Of a stretch of 64,000 nt of DNA, positions 23,073 to 33,649 are shown piece by piece. The stretch spans positions 1,888,001 through 1,952,000 of the forward strand of contig CBDCXL010000002.1 in the NCBI GenBank assembly GCA_965223795.1. The letters are read 5' to 3'. The translations under genes were made by a program, and so were the position numbers. The stretch is from Nitrospinales bacterium. Its GTDB lineage: Bacteria; Nitrospinota; Nitrospinia; Nitrospinales; VA-1. The notes beneath the pieces are model-generated. The model ran no database searches and was not told the DNA's origin. It saw only the letters and a list, made by a program, of their open reading frames with translations. The first letter of the stretch is position 1; each line of letters begins with the position of its first letter.

Positions 23073-24239
23073 ATGACGTCCTCCGCGACAGACGAACGAT
23101 TGCACGCGCTTCGGCAAAAGGCGCTGACGCTCGGGTTTCACGGGTTCGGCGTGGCGTCTCCGGAAATGCCGCAAGCGGTGTTGAATTATCAGCGCTGGAT
23201 CGACCTGGGCTATGAAGGCGAGATGGTCTACATGTCGCGCTGGCGGGAAAAACGCTCGGATCTGGACCGGGTTCTGCCGGGCGTGAAAAGCGTGATCTGT
23301 CTGCGCACCGACTACCTCACGGCAGACAAGGACATGGGATTTCTGAAAGAGACGGACAAAGGCGACATCTCGCTGTATGCGCTCAACGAGGATTACCACG
23401 ATGTGATCGGACCCAGGCTCAAGGCGCTGGAACGCTTCGTTCAGCAACGATGGCCGGGTTGTAGCACGAAGGTGTACGTGGACACCGGGCCGGTGCTGGA
23501 AAAGCCGCTGGCGCAGAAAGCCGGATTGGGCTGGATCGGCAAGCACACCAACCTGTTGAGCGAGGGCATCGGTTCCTGGTATTTCCTTTCGGAAATTCTG
23601 GTGGACGTCGTGTTGACCGAATCGCAGGCGGCGGAGGACCGCTGCGGCACCTGCTCCGAGTGCATCGACGTCTGCCCGACCGGCGCCATCGTCGCGCCTT
23701 ACGTCCTGGATTCGCGCAAATGCCTTTCCTACCTCAACATCGAACTCAAGGGCGTGATCCCGGTGGAATACCGCAAGGCGATGGGCAACCGCATCTACGG
23801 TTGCGACGACTGCCAGATCGTTTGCCCGTGGAACGAGCACGCGGTTCCCGTGCCGGAAGATGCGTTTCAAGAGCCGGTGTCCACGCGCCTGCTGACCGAT
23901 CTCATCGCGATGGACGATGCGGCGTTTCGCAAGCGGTTCAAAAAAAGTCCCATCAAGCGCATCAAGCGGCGCGGGTTTCTGCGCAATGTGGCGGTGGCGC
24001 TGGGCAATTCCGGCAGTCCGGATGCGGTCGAACCGCTCGTTCGGGTGCTCGATGATGCGGAACCGCTCATCCGCGCGCATGCGGTGTGGGCGCTCGGGGA
24101 ACTGCTTGGCGAAAAGGCGGTTGCGCGGATTCAGGAGCGGCTCGACGGGGAGTCGGATCCCTGGGTGCTGGCGGAAATCCGCAGGCTGGACCCCGGATTT
24201 TCACCGGTTTTGCGTTCTCCCGCCGCCGACGGGCAATAA
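23073..24239 (+). CDS. queG: tRNA epoxyqueuosine(34) reductase
   Basis: DYHDVI, YVDTGPVLE, CGTCSECIDVCPT, GCDDCQIVCPWN and RNVAVALGN motifs; HEAT tail. Confidence 0.95.
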   Translation: MTSSATDERLHALRQKALTLGFHGFGVASPEMPQAVLNYQRWIDLGYEGEMVYMSRWREKRSDLDRVLPGVKSVICLRTDYLTADKDMGFLKETDKGDISLYALNEDYHDVIGPRLKALERFVQQRWPGCSTKVYVDTGPVLEKPLAQKAGLGWIGKHTNLLSEGIGSWYFLSEILVDVVLTESQAAEDRCGTCSECIDVCPTGAIVAPYVLDSRKCLSYLNIELKGVIPVEYRKAMGNRIYGCDDCQIVCPWNEHAVPVPEDAFQEPVSTRLLTDLIAMDDAAFRKRFKKSPIKRIKRRGFLRNVAVALGNSGSPDAVEPLVRVLDDAEPLIRAHAVWALGELLGEKAVARIQERLDGESDPWVLAEIRRLDPGFSPVLRSPAADGQ

Positions 24240-24376
24240 AGCCGTTGATAAAACTCGCTTCTTGATCCTATAATCGAAATTCGACCCAATCCGCCCGCGC
24301 TGCCGCGGGCTCGATCTCACTGGCGACTGGCGCGCCGGGGCGCGGCGGCCGTTTCCCAAATCACTTTGGATCACGA

Positions 24377-25417
24377 ATGAACAACGAAGAAAACTCCCGA
24401 TTTTTGAAGGCCTGCCGCGGCGAGCCGGTGGACGCGACGCCGCTCTGGTTTATGCGCCAGGCGGGCCGCTACATGAAAGCCTACCGCGATCTCAAGGCCA
24501 AGCACTCGTTTCTGGAACTGTGCCACACGCCGGAGCTGGCGACGGAGGTGACGCTGCAGCCGATCGGCGCGCTGGACGTGGATGCGGCCATCATCTTCGC
24601 CGACATCCTGCTGCCGCTGGAGCCGATGGGCACGGGGCTGGAATTCACCGCGGGCGACGGTCCGGTGGTGCCGCGGCCGGTGAAGGACGCCAAGGCGGTG
24701 GAGAAACTGAAACCGGTGAACGCCGAGGAGCAGCTCGGGTTCGTCGGCGATGCGATCCGCATGGTGCGTTCGGAGCTCAACGGCAAGGTGCCGTTGATCG
24801 GCTTCGCGGGCGCGCCGTTCACGCTGTGCAGCTACATGGTCGAGGGCGGCAAGTCCAAGGAATTCACCGCCACCAAGATGATGATGTTCGAGGCGCCGGA
24901 GATCTGGCAACAGCTCATGGACAAGGTGTGCGCGGTGCTGATCGATTATCTCAAGATGCAGGTGAAGGCCGGCGCGCAGGCGCTGCAGATTTTCGACAGC
25001 TGGGTCGGCTGCGTCAGCCCCTACGACTACGAGCGCTTCATCCTGCCGTACACGAAACGGGTCATCTCGGCGCTCAAGGAAACGGGCGTCCCGGTGATCA
25101 ACTTCAGCACCGGCACTTCGGCGATGGTGCACCGGGTCCACCAGGCGGGCGGCGACGTGATCAGCTTCGACTGGCGCATCGCACTCGACGAGGCCTGGGA
25201 AAAGGTCGGTTTCGACCAGCCGGTGCAGGGCAACCTCGATCCTTCCGTGCTGTTCGCGCCGCTGCCGGTCATCAAGGAGCGGGTGACGGACATCCTCAGG
25301 CGCGCGGCGGGGCGGCCGGGGCACATCTTCAATCTGGGTCACGGCATCCTGCAGCACACGCCGGTGGATCATGTGAAAGCGGTCTGCGACATGGTGCACG
25401 AATACCGACATGCGTGA
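24377..25417 (+). CDS. hemE: Uroporphyrinogen decarboxylase
   Basis: WFMRQAGRY, DAAIIFADIL, GFAGAPFT, QGNLDP and FNLGHG motifs. Confidence 0.98.
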   Translation: MNNEENSRFLKACRGEPVDATPLWFMRQAGRYMKAYRDLKAKHSFLELCHTPELATEVTLQPIGALDVDAAIIFADILLPLEPMGTGLEFTAGDGPVVPRPVKDAKAVEKLKPVNAEEQLGFVGDAIRMVRSELNGKVPLIGFAGAPFTLCSYMVEGGKSKEFTATKMMMFEAPEIWQQLMDKVCAVLIDYLKMQVKAGAQALQIFDSWVGCVSPYDYERFILPYTKRVISALKETGVPVINFSTGTSAMVHRVHQAGGDVISFDWRIALDEAWEKVGFDQPVQGNLDPSVLFAPLPVIKERVTDILRRAAGRPGHIFNLGHGILQHTPVDHVKAVCDMVHEYRHA

Positions 25418-26351
25418 CGCGTCTTCCAGCCAATCCCCTACCGGTATTTTTCTGATGGCGCACGGCGCGCCCAATTCGGTCGACGACATCCCCCTTTACC
25501 TGAAAAACATCCGCGGCGGCGTCGAATCGTCTCCCGACGTGGTGAAACTGATCCAGGAACGCTACGAGGCGATCGGCGGCAGCTCGCCGCTGCTTGAAAT
25601 CACCCGCGGCCAGGCGGAGGCGCTGGAGGCGTTCATCAATCAGGACGGGCAGGCATTCAGGGTTTATTTCGGGATGCGGAACTGGAGCCCTTACATCGAG
25701 GATGTGGTGCGCCAGATGCTCAACGACGGGGTGCGGAAAATTCTGGCGCTCTGCCTCGCGCCCCAGTACAGTAAGTGGAGCACCGAACGCTATTTTCAAT
25801 CGTTCCAGGACGCACTCAAGGCATGTGGTTCGCCGGATGTGGAGGTGCGCTGCGTTTCCAGCTGGTCGAACCATCCCTGCCTCATCGATGCGTTCGCGGA
25901 ACGCTATCAGGAAGCGGTCGCCCGGCTTGAGAAGATGGGCAAGGACCGGATCTACACGGTTTTCACGGTGCACAGCATTCCGGCGGGATCGCTGGACGAA
26001 GGCGACCCCTATGCGGAGGAATACGACCGCACGCTGAAGGGCATCGTGGAGCGCGTCAAGCCCTACAAATGGTATCAGGCGTACCAGAGCCAGGGGATGA
26101 TTCCGGTGCCCTGGCTCGGGCCGACGGTGGAGTCGGTGCTCGACAAGATCGCGCGTTACGGACCGCGTACGGTGCTCGTGGTTCCGGTGGGGTTCGTTTC
26201 GGATCACATCGAGGTGCTATACGACATCGACGTGGAATTTAAAAATTACGCGCGCGAACGGAAACTGGATCTTCACCGCACCGAATCGATGAACCTGTCT
26301 CCGCGTTTCATCGAGGCGATGGCGGCGGTGGCCTGGGAGCATCTGGTGTGA
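25410..26351 (+). CDS. hemH: Ferrochelatase
   Basis: RYEAIGGSSPL, HSIP, PWLGP and SDHIEVLYDID motifs; overlaps the hemE stop. Confidence 0.95.
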   Translation: MRDASSSQSPTGIFLMAHGAPNSVDDIPLYLKNIRGGVESSPDVVKLIQERYEAIGGSSPLLEITRGQAEALEAFINQDGQAFRVYFGMRNWSPYIEDVVRQMLNDGVRKILALCLAPQYSKWSTERYFQSFQDALKACGSPDVEVRCVSSWSNHPCLIDAFAERYQEAVARLEKMGKDRIYTVFTVHSIPAGSLDEGDPYAEEYDRTLKGIVERVKPYKWYQAYQSQGMIPVPWLGPTVESVLDKIARYGPRTVLVVPVGFVSDHIEVLYDIDVEFKNYARERKLDLHRTESMNLSPRFIEAMAAVAWEHLV

Positions 26352-26398
26352 GCGCCGCCTGGAATGATCATGAGTCAATGGGGCCGCAGGTTTTTGTG

Positions 26399-26454
26399 AA
26401 ACCGGATTAAAAAAAATTAATTCTGAATTAATCATTTTTCAATCCGGTTTTTTT
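26399..26454. terminator. Long AT-rich imperfect inverted repeat followed by a T-run (possible hemEH terminator or operator)
   Basis: AAACCGGATT...ATTAATTC pairs with GAATTAAT...AATCCGGTTT, then TTTT. Confidence 0.45.
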
Positions 26455-26501
26455 AATCTGAAGGCGACCTGAAAATTGAATCGTGAAAAGGGACCTGGAT
26501 T

Positions 26502-27620
26502 ATGTTACAAGCACAATGGCTGAGAACGGGAACGAGCACGGCACTGTTTGTGGTTTTGTTGCTGGCGGGATCGGCGACGCCGCTGTTTTCTGAAACGAAG
26601 AAACTCTGGACCGAAAAGAAAAGCAAGTCTCCCGCCGAACAGGTGGTCATTGGCGGCGATCTGTTCAGCCGCATGGCGGAGGAACTCAGTCCGACGGTCG
26701 TCAACGTGCGGTCGCTCAAGCAGGTCGACCCGCGCATCGCCGATTACCCGTTTCAAAGACAGCCCGCGCCGAACCAGCCTCCGGCCTTTCAGCAGCGGGG
26801 CGAAGGGTCCGGGTTCATCATCAGCAAGGACGGCTACATCCTGACCAACGCGCACGTGGTGCTCGGCTCGGACGAAGTGCAGGTCGCCCTGTCCGACGGC
26901 AGCCTGTATTCCGGCAAGCCGGTGGGCATCGACGTGGAGACCGACATTGCGCTGATCAAGATCGACGCGCCCAAACCGCTGCCGGTGCTTCCGCTCGGCA
27001 GCTCGGAAAAGCTGAAGCCGGGCGAGTGGGTGATGGCGATCGGCAGCCCGTTCGGATTCGATCTCACGGTGACGGCGGGCATCGTCAGCGGCAAGGGACG
27101 CTCTTTGGGTTCGAACCCGTTCGATGATTTCATCCAGACCGACACGCCGATCAATCCCGGCAACAGCGGCGGCCCGTTGATCAACACGCGCGGGGAGGCG
27201 GTGGGTATCAACACCGCGGTGCTGGCGATGGGGCAGGGGCTGGGATTTTCCGTGCCCATCGATCTGGTGAAGAAGCTCGTTCCGCAGCTCAAGGAAAAAG
27301 GCTATGTGGTGCGCAGCTGGCTCGGCGTCAACGTTCAGGACATCACCCTGGCCATCAAGCAAACGCTCAAGCTCAAAATCGATAAAGGATCCTTCGTCGT
27401 GGAGGTGGTTGCGGGAGGCCCGGCGCATGCGGCGGGAATCCAGGCCAACGATGTGATCGTCGAATACGACGGCCAGCAGATCAAAACGTCCCGCGATCTG
27501 CCCAAGCTGATTGCGCATTCCCCGCCGGGCAAACTGGTGCCCGTGAAACTGGTGCGCGGCGACAAGAACATCACGCTGCAGCTCAAGCTGCAGGAGATGC
27601 CCCGCCGCGGACGGCCGTAA
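26502..27620 (+). CDS. HtrA/DegP-family serine protease with one PDZ domain
   Basis: Signal peptide; catalytic triad motifs TNAHVV, TDIAL and GNSGGP; PDZ WLGV. Confidence 0.95.
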   Translation: MLQAQWLRTGTSTALFVVLLLAGSATPLFSETKKLWTEKKSKSPAEQVVIGGDLFSRMAEELSPTVVNVRSLKQVDPRIADYPFQRQPAPNQPPAFQQRGEGSGFIISKDGYILTNAHVVLGSDEVQVALSDGSLYSGKPVGIDVETDIALIKIDAPKPLPVLPLGSSEKLKPGEWVMAIGSPFGFDLTVTAGIVSGKGRSLGSNPFDDFIQTDTPINPGNSGGPLINTRGEAVGINTAVLAMGQGLGFSVPIDLVKKLVPQLKEKGYVVRSWLGVNVQDITLAIKQTLKLKIDKGSFVVEVVAGGPAHAAGIQANDVIVEYDGQQIKTSRDLPKLIAHSPPGKLVPVKLVRGDKNITLQLKLQEMPRRGRP

Positions 27621-27713
27621 CGCCTGTTTCGTTTCAGACCGGTTTTTTTTTCAGTCCAAAGCTGTTTCATTCCACTCGCGCGTTCCATCGCGCCGTACTC
27701 TCATATCCAAAAC

Positions 27714-29876
27714 ATGCTCCTCGATTCTTTGAATCCGCAACAGAAGCAGGCGGTGCAGCACGGCGACGGTCCGCTGATCGTCGTCGCGGGCGCCGGTTCG
27801 GGCAAGACGCGGGTGATCACCAGCCGCATCGCCTATCTCATCCACGAGCGCGGCGTCGCGCCCGAGCGCATCCTCGCCATCACGTTCACCAACAAGGCGG
27901 CGGGGGAAATGAAAGAGCGCATCCACGGCATGCTGGGCGACGCCGATTTCAAACCGTGGATCAGCACGTTTCACTCGTTCTGCCTCCGTGTGCTGCGGCA
28001 GCACATAGAAGCACTGGGGCGGTCGAAGGATTTTGTCATCTACGATGCGCAGGACCAGCTTTCCCTGCTCAAGCAGTGCATGAAATCCGCCTCCGCCAAC
28101 GAGGACGCGTTCCCCCCGAAAACGCTGTTGCACCACATCAGCAGTTTCAAAAACGATTTTCTGATGCCCAAGGACATCGACCGGGACGCGCTGCCTTTCG
28201 GCAACAAGATGAAAGCGGCGGAACTGTATCCGGTCTACCAGGAAGCGCTGAAAAAAAACAACGCGCTGGATTTCGACGATCTTCTGTTCTGCACGGTGCG
28301 CCTGCTGGCGGAGTCGGAGCCGGTCTCGCGCTACTACAACGAGCGGTTTCAGCACATCCTGGTGGATGAGTTTCAGGACACCAACCTCACGCAGTACAAA
28401 CTGCTCCGGCTGCTCACCGCCGGGCACCGCAACGTCTGCGTGGTGGGCGACGACGATCAGAGCATTTACCGCTGGCGCGGCGCCAACCTGGAAAACCTGC
28501 TGCACTTCGAGAAGGACTATCCGGGGACGGTGGTCATCAAGCTGGAAGAGAATTACCGCTCGACGCAGAACATCCTCAAGGCCGCGGGCGCAGTGGTGGA
28601 GGAAAACCACAAGCGCCGGCCGAAAACGCTGTGGACGCAGAACGAGGCGGGCGAGCCGGTGCGCTATTACCGGGCGGAAGATGAGATCGACGAGGCGCGG
28701 TCGATCGGCGAGAAGATCATCAAGTACAACGAGGAGGAAGGCATTTCCTTCAGCGACATGGCGGTGCTGTACCGCACCAATGCGCAGTCCAGGGTGGTGG
28801 AAGACACGCTGCGTTCGCGCGGCATCCAGCACCAGGTGATCGGCGGTTTGAAGTTCTACGCGCGCAAGGAGATCAAGGACATCCTGAGTTTCATGCGGGT
28901 GGTGCTCAATCCGGACGATTCGATCTCGCTGAAGCGCATCATCAACGTGCCGGCGCGGGGCATCGGCAAGACTTCGCTCGATAAAATCGACGCGCACTGT
29001 GCGGAAAACAATCTGTCTTTCATGGAAGGCTTGAAAGCCGCCGGTGCGATCACATCGAAGGCGGTGGGCAACAAGATTGCGAAATTCGTGACCCTGGTCG
29101 AAGAGCTGGATTCGATCTACCACAGTGCATCGCCGCTGGATTTTCTGCGCGAGGTGATGGAACGCACGGGCTATCTGGACATGCTGCGCAAGGACGGTTC
29201 TCCGGAAAGCCAGAGCCGCATGGAAAACCTGCAGGAGCTGTACACCGCGCTCGAGCAGGAGGTGGAAAAGAACAACGTCACGCTGCCCGAGTTTTTAGAC
29301 ACCACCGCGCTGGTTGCCGACGTGGACACCCTGGAGGATTCGCGCGGCGTGCTGCCGCTGATGACGCTGCACACCTGCAAGGGGCTCGAATTCGACGTGG
29401 CCTTCATCATCGGCATGGAGGACGGCCTGCTGCCGCACAACAGCTCGATGTCCGATCCCGATGAGTTTGAGGAAGAAAGGCGGTTGTGCTATGTTGGGTT
29501 CACACGAGCCCGAAAGCGGTTGATCGTGAGCAACGCGCGGCGGCGCAAGATCTACGGCAATCATTTCAACTACCCGCCCTCGCAGTTTCTCGCGTCGATT
29601 CCCGATGACGTTCTGGTGACGGAGCGCAGCGCGGCGGCGCCGAACTTTGAGAGCCGGCGCCCTGCCTATGCCGTGAGCGAACCGGTGCCCTCCGCGTCGG
29701 CGGCGGCGCCCAAGGAGTATTCGATCGGCAGCAAGGTGCTGCATCCCACGTTCGGCAAAGGCGTGGTCATCAACCGCATGGGCAATGAGGCGGACCTGAA
29801 GGTGGAAATCTTTTTCAAACCGCCGCATGGCAAGAAAAAGCTGGCTGTCAAACTGGCCAAACTGATTCCGTTGTGA
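27714..29876 (+). CDS. pcrA: ATP-dependent DNA helicase PcrA/UvrD
   Basis: AGAGSGKT, TFTNKAA, VDEFQD, NYRST, KGLEF and EERRL motifs; C-terminal Tudor-like domain. Confidence 0.93.
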   Translation: MLLDSLNPQQKQAVQHGDGPLIVVAGAGSGKTRVITSRIAYLIHERGVAPERILAITFTNKAAGEMKERIHGMLGDADFKPWISTFHSFCLRVLRQHIEALGRSKDFVIYDAQDQLSLLKQCMKSASANEDAFPPKTLLHHISSFKNDFLMPKDIDRDALPFGNKMKAAELYPVYQEALKKNNALDFDDLLFCTVRLLAESEPVSRYYNERFQHILVDEFQDTNLTQYKLLRLLTAGHRNVCVVGDDDQSIYRWRGANLENLLHFEKDYPGTVVIKLEENYRSTQNILKAAGAVVEENHKRRPKTLWTQNEAGEPVRYYRAEDEIDEARSIGEKIIKYNEEEGISFSDMAVLYRTNAQSRVVEDTLRSRGIQHQVIGGLKFYARKEIKDILSFMRVVLNPDDSISLKRIINVPARGIGKTSLDKIDAHCAENNLSFMEGLKAAGAITSKAVGNKIAKFVTLVEELDSIYHSASPLDFLREVMERTGYLDMLRKDGSPESQSRMENLQELYTALEQEVEKNNVTLPEFLDTTALVADVDTLEDSRGVLPLMTLHTCKGLEFDVAFIIGMEDGLLPHNSSMSDPDEFEEERRLCYVGFTRARKRLIVSNARRRKIYGNHFNYPPSQFLASIPDDVLVTERSAAAPNFESRRPAYAVSEPVPSASAAAPKEYSIGSKVLHPTFGKGVVINRMGNEADLKVEIFFKPPHGKKKLAVKLAKLIPL

Positions 29877-29932
29877 GATTCGGGCGGCGGGTGCTTCCGC
29901 AATGCATCCGGACGTCCATTGAGGAGGCTGTC

Positions 29933-30241
29933 ATGAGACATTCAATGCACAAATTCGTGTTGTGTTTGTTCACGGTGCTTTTTCTCGCGGGGACGAACGC
30001 CGCCTGGGCGGGAGAGGGCGTCGCGTTTTCGGGTAAGGTCAAGAAGGTGATCGCGGCGAAGAACAAGGTCGCGATCAAGGATCCGGAGACCAAAAAACGC
30101 TTCACGGTGATCGTGGACGACAAAACTCAGATGAGCGGGTGGAAAGGCATCGAAGACATCAAAAAGGGCGATGCGATCGAAGGCAAGTACGTGGTCACCG
30201 AAAAGGGGCTTTACATCGCTGTGGAGCTGAAGGGGAAATAG
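29933..30241 (+). CDS. Small secreted protein, probably beta-barrel/OB-like
   Basis: GAGGAGG RBS; signal peptide ending AWA; Lys-rich beta-strand pattern (IKKGDAIEGKY). Confidence 0.75.
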   Translation: MRHSMHKFVLCLFTVLFLAGTNAAWAGEGVAFSGKVKKVIAAKNKVAIKDPETKKRFTVIVDDKTQMSGWKGIEDIKKGDAIEGKYVVTEKGLYIAVELKGK

Positions 30242-30266
30242 AACCTGGCGCGGTGAGGCGTGCGCT

Positions 30267-31574
30267 TCAACGCGTCGAGCCCGCGGGGTGCGGCCGTCCG
30301 TTCAGCAGCTTTTCCAGTTTTTCCCTGCCGCCGTCGGGCAGCCTGAGGCTCAAAAGCAGGGTGTCCTCGCGGTAATCTTCTTTCACCACGACGAACTGCC
30401 TACGGATTTCCGGCAGGATCCCGGCCTGCGAATAGCCGAGTTCGAGGATGTAGGAGGTGAGCCTGCTTTCGTAATGGCGGACGATCTCCCGGCGCAGCCG
30501 GTCCATGCCTTCTCCGGTCTTGCAGGAGACGAGCACCGCCTCCGGACAGCGCTCCAGCACGCCGGCCAGGATCTCCGGGTCTTGCACCCGGTCGATCTTG
30601 TTGAACACCAGTATCGAATCGATATCCCGGGCTTCCATTTCCTGCAGCACCTTGTCCACCGTCTCGCGCTGGTTCTGGTGGTTGGGATGGCTGAGGTCGA
30701 CGACTTTGAGCAGCAGGTCCGCTTCGCGCACTTCGTCGAGCGTGCTTTTGAAGGACGCCACCAGATCGTGCGGCAGCTTGTCGATCAATCCGACCGTGTC
30801 GGCGAGGAGCACCGGGTAGGGGAAGTTTTTTTTGATCTTGCGGATGGTCGGATCGAGCGTCGCGAACAGCTTGTTCTCCACCAGCGTGTCCGAACCGGTG
30901 AGGGCGTTCATCAGGGTGGACTTGCCGACGTTGGTGTAGCCCACCAGCGAGACGCGGTACATGCCCTGGCGGGTCTTTCTCTGCGTCTTTTTTTCCCGGT
31001 CGATCTGCTTGAGCTTGCGTTCCAGCTTGGTGATCTGGTCGCGGATGAGCCGCCGGTCCAGCTGGATCTGCGTTTCCCCCACGTCTTTCAGCCCGATGCC
31101 GCCCCGCTGCCGGGAAAGGTGGCCCCACAGGCGCGTCAACCGGGGCAGGGCGTATTTCAGCCGCGCCAGTTCGACCTGCGTTTTGGCTTCGCGGGTGCGG
31201 GCGTGTTCCTGAAAAATTTCCAGGATGAGCCAGGACCGGTCGATGACCCGGCACTTGAGGATGGATTCCAGGTTGCGGTTCTGCCCCGGCGACAACTCCC
31301 CATCGAAGATCACCACCTGCGGCTCGTGGTGGCGCACCGCCTGCTGCAGCTCCTCCACCTTGCCCGAGCCCACGAGGGTTTTCGGATTGATCTCAGAGAG
31401 TTTCTGACGGATTTCGGCCACCGGCCGGTAATGCGCGGTGACGGCAAGCCCTTCCAGTTCCTCCAGGGAGTACTGCATGGGAACGCTGCCGTTATGGGGC
31501 AGCTCGACGCCGACCAGGATGGCCTGGCTCGTCGCTGAGGCTTCCTGCTGAATGTGGTAAAAGCGTGGTTTCAT
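30267..31574 (-). CDS. hflX: Ribosome-splitting GTPase HflX
   Basis: GYTNVGKS, LFATLD, DTVG, FNKID and QVELARLKY motifs. Confidence 0.97.
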   Translation of the reverse strand: MKPRFYHIQQEASATSQAILVGVELPHNGSVPMQYSLEELEGLAVTAHYRPVAEIRQKLSEINPKTLVGSGKVEELQQAVRHHEPQVVIFDGELSPGQNRNLESILKCRVIDRSWLILEIFQEHARTREAKTQVELARLKYALPRLTRLWGHLSRQRGGIGLKDVGETQIQLDRRLIRDQITKLERKLKQIDREKKTQRKTRQGMYRVSLVGYTNVGKSTLMNALTGSDTLVENKLFATLDPTIRKIKKNFPYPVLLADTVGLIDKLPHDLVASFKSTLDEVREADLLLKVVDLSHPNHQNQRETVDKVLQEMEARDIDSILVFNKIDRVQDPEILAGVLERCPEAVLVSCKTGEGMDRLRREIVRHYESRLTSYILELGYSQAGILPEIRRQFVVVKEDYREDTLLLSLRLPDGGREKLEKLLNGRPHPAGSTR

Positions 31575-31718
31575 ATCCTGGCCCCATTATAGCGCATTTC
31601 AGGAGACGCCGCCTGAATGAAAGCGCCCGCTCCGGACCGGCGGCAAACCCAGGCAGGACGGGGCGAAACCGGGTTTTGCCCGAACGGGAAATCCGGAAAG
31701 AGGATGGCGGGACCGGGA

Positions 31719-32315
31719 TCAGGGAGGAACCGGAGGCAGGGAAAAGTCCTGCTCGAGGATGAGTTTCCCTTGGGCGTCGTAGCGTTTGCGGTTCTGTAAA
31801 ATGCCGCTACGGTAGGTGTAGACGTATTCGAGAGACCCGGACCGTGTGTAGGTTCTGGTTTCGCCTTGCTGCCGGTCCTTTTCAAAGTTCATTTCCGTTT
31901 TCAGGACGCCGTCCGGGTAGTACTTGCGCACGCGGCCGTGGAGTTTATTATTTTTGTAAAACCCTTCGTCCTTCACGTTGCCGTTGGCGAAATAGCCCAC
32001 GCCCGCACCTTCGCGCTTGCCGTTTTTGTACGTCCATTCGGTCATCAGCTGTCCGGAAGGATAGTGCATCCGGCTCACGCCGTGCAGCACGCCGTGGTGG
32101 TAGTGTTTTTCCCAGAGCAGACGGCCTTGCGGGTCGAATTTTTGCACGCGCTTGTGCGGCAGCCCTTCCTCGTCGACCGTGCCTTTGAGACTCACGTTGC
32201 CGTTGGCATGGTGTTCGAGCAGCGGCGCGGCGGCCAGCAGATCCGGTGTTGCAAGGCAAAGCGCGAAACCCGCCGCGATCAGGAGCGCGCGCTTGCGCGA
32301 TGCACAGGTTTTCAA
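31719..32315 (-). CDS. Secreted MORN-variant (YwqK-like) repeat protein
   Basis: Repeats of type YKNGKREG..YFANG and YKNNKLHG..YYPDG after a signal peptide; start uncertain (TTG near 32315). Confidence 0.75.
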   Translation of the reverse strand: MKTCASRKRALLIAAGFALCLATPDLLAAAPLLEHHANGNVSLKGTVDEEGLPHKRVQKFDPQGRLLWEKHYHHGVLHGVSRMHYPSGQLMTEWTYKNGKREGAGVGYFANGNVKDEGFYKNNKLHGRVRKYYPDGVLKTEMNFEKDRQQGETRTYTRSGSLEYVYTYRSGILQNRKRYDAQGKLILEQDFSLPPVPP

Positions 32316-32325
32316 ACTGGAAACG

Positions 32326-33411
32326 TCATCCCTCGCTGAGGGCGAGCGATTCGATGCGGCTTTTGGCCTGATCGGCTTTTTCAAACGCGCGGTTTTTCTG
32401 AAAAATGTGGTGGGCGTTGCGGGCGCGCTCCAGGGCCAGAGCGGCATCGCCCCTTTCCTGGTGAATTTCACTGATGAGAAGATTGGTGTTGCCATCGTCG
32501 GGTTTCAACGCCAGCGCGGATTTGAGCGCCCAGAGCGCCATCTCGTAGCTGCCGAGACGGGTTTGGGAGCGGGCCGCGTGGCGGATCAGTTTGATCCTGT
32601 CGTCCGGCTGCAGCTGGTTCAGATAGCGCTGCGATTCCAGATACGCGTTGCCCAGCTCCAGCAGGTGACGCCGCATGTTGCCGGGATCGCGTTTGAGTTT
32701 TTGCGTCAGAGACTTCAGCTGGCTGCTGAGTTTTTCCAGTGCCGCCTGGTGCGTTTTCAGCGGCTCCTGACTGATTTCATCCTCAAGCGGCATCGGCCCG
32801 CCGTGGGACGGCGTTTTGCGTTCCGTGGCTTTCGCCAGCTTTCTTTCCCGTTCGGCGATGCTGACTTCCTGCCGGGGAACCGTGCTTAAAGACGGGACTT
32901 GCGATTGCGGCGTCTCGATGCCTCTTAAAAAATCATAGGAAGTGATGCGGACCGAGCTGATGCGTTCCGGTTTTTGTGTGTTGCTTTTGCCCTTCGTGTT
33001 GACGAGCGGCGGCAGATTGCCTCTTAAGGAACGGATCGAGGCCGCGTGATCCTGCTTCAGGATTTTGAACTCCTCCCGTATGCGTTTCACCACATGGGAA
33101 ATATCGATACGGGAACGTTCGATGTCCTTGCGGTAGATTTTGAGAAATTCCTTGAGAGCCTGATTTTCGTTTTTCCATTCCGCCCGGCGGCGTTTCAGCT
33201 CCTCGGCGATTTTGCGGTTCAACGCCTCGGCTTCGGATTGCTGCTGTTTCAGTTCGAGTTCGACCACCTCGCGCAGCTGTTTGGGGCGAAATTCCACCTC
33301 CTCGAAGCCGGAGACCACCACCTGGGCTCCGGCGGTTCCGGACCCGAAACACAGCCCCAGGATGCAAAAAAAGGTTTTAACAGAATTGCGGTCCAAAGCG
33401 CAAACTCTCAA
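32326..33411 (-). CDS. Secreted coiled-coil protein with C-terminal TPR
   Basis: Signal-like segment, EK-rich heptads, LGNAY ... ALALKPDD TPR pattern. Confidence 0.65.
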   Translation of the reverse strand: MRVCALDRNSVKTFFCILGLCFGSGTAGAQVVVSGFEEVEFRPKQLREVVELELKQQQSEAEALNRKIAEELKRRRAEWKNENQALKEFLKIYRKDIERSRIDISHVVKRIREEFKILKQDHAASIRSLRGNLPPLVNTKGKSNTQKPERISSVRITSYDFLRGIETPQSQVPSLSTVPRQEVSIAERERKLAKATERKTPSHGGPMPLEDEISQEPLKTHQAALEKLSSQLKSLTQKLKRDPGNMRRHLLELGNAYLESQRYLNQLQPDDRIKLIRHAARSQTRLGSYEMALWALKSALALKPDDGNTNLLISEIHQERGDAALALERARNAHHIFQKNRAFEKADQAKSRIESLALSEG

Positions 33412-33649
33412 AATGGGTCGTATTGCCGCCGCTGCACAGATAACGCCGCCTGGCGGCGCTCTCTAATATAACTATAATTTTATCAAATATTTGTGAAATT
33501 TTATAGTGTTGGGGCGGGCGCGGCTGCGGAAACGAGACAGAAGGATGGCAGGAAGACGCGCTTCAAACTTATGAAAATCCGGTTTTTAGGGCGGCGGCGG
33601 GGATTGAAATCAGCCCGATCGGGAACGCCTGCGGTTTTGAATGTGCGTT

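Noticed and set aside
31719..33411. Toxin-antitoxin pair (YwqK-like label)
   Set aside because: The MORN-repeat protein is secreted and its neighbour shows no toxin domain
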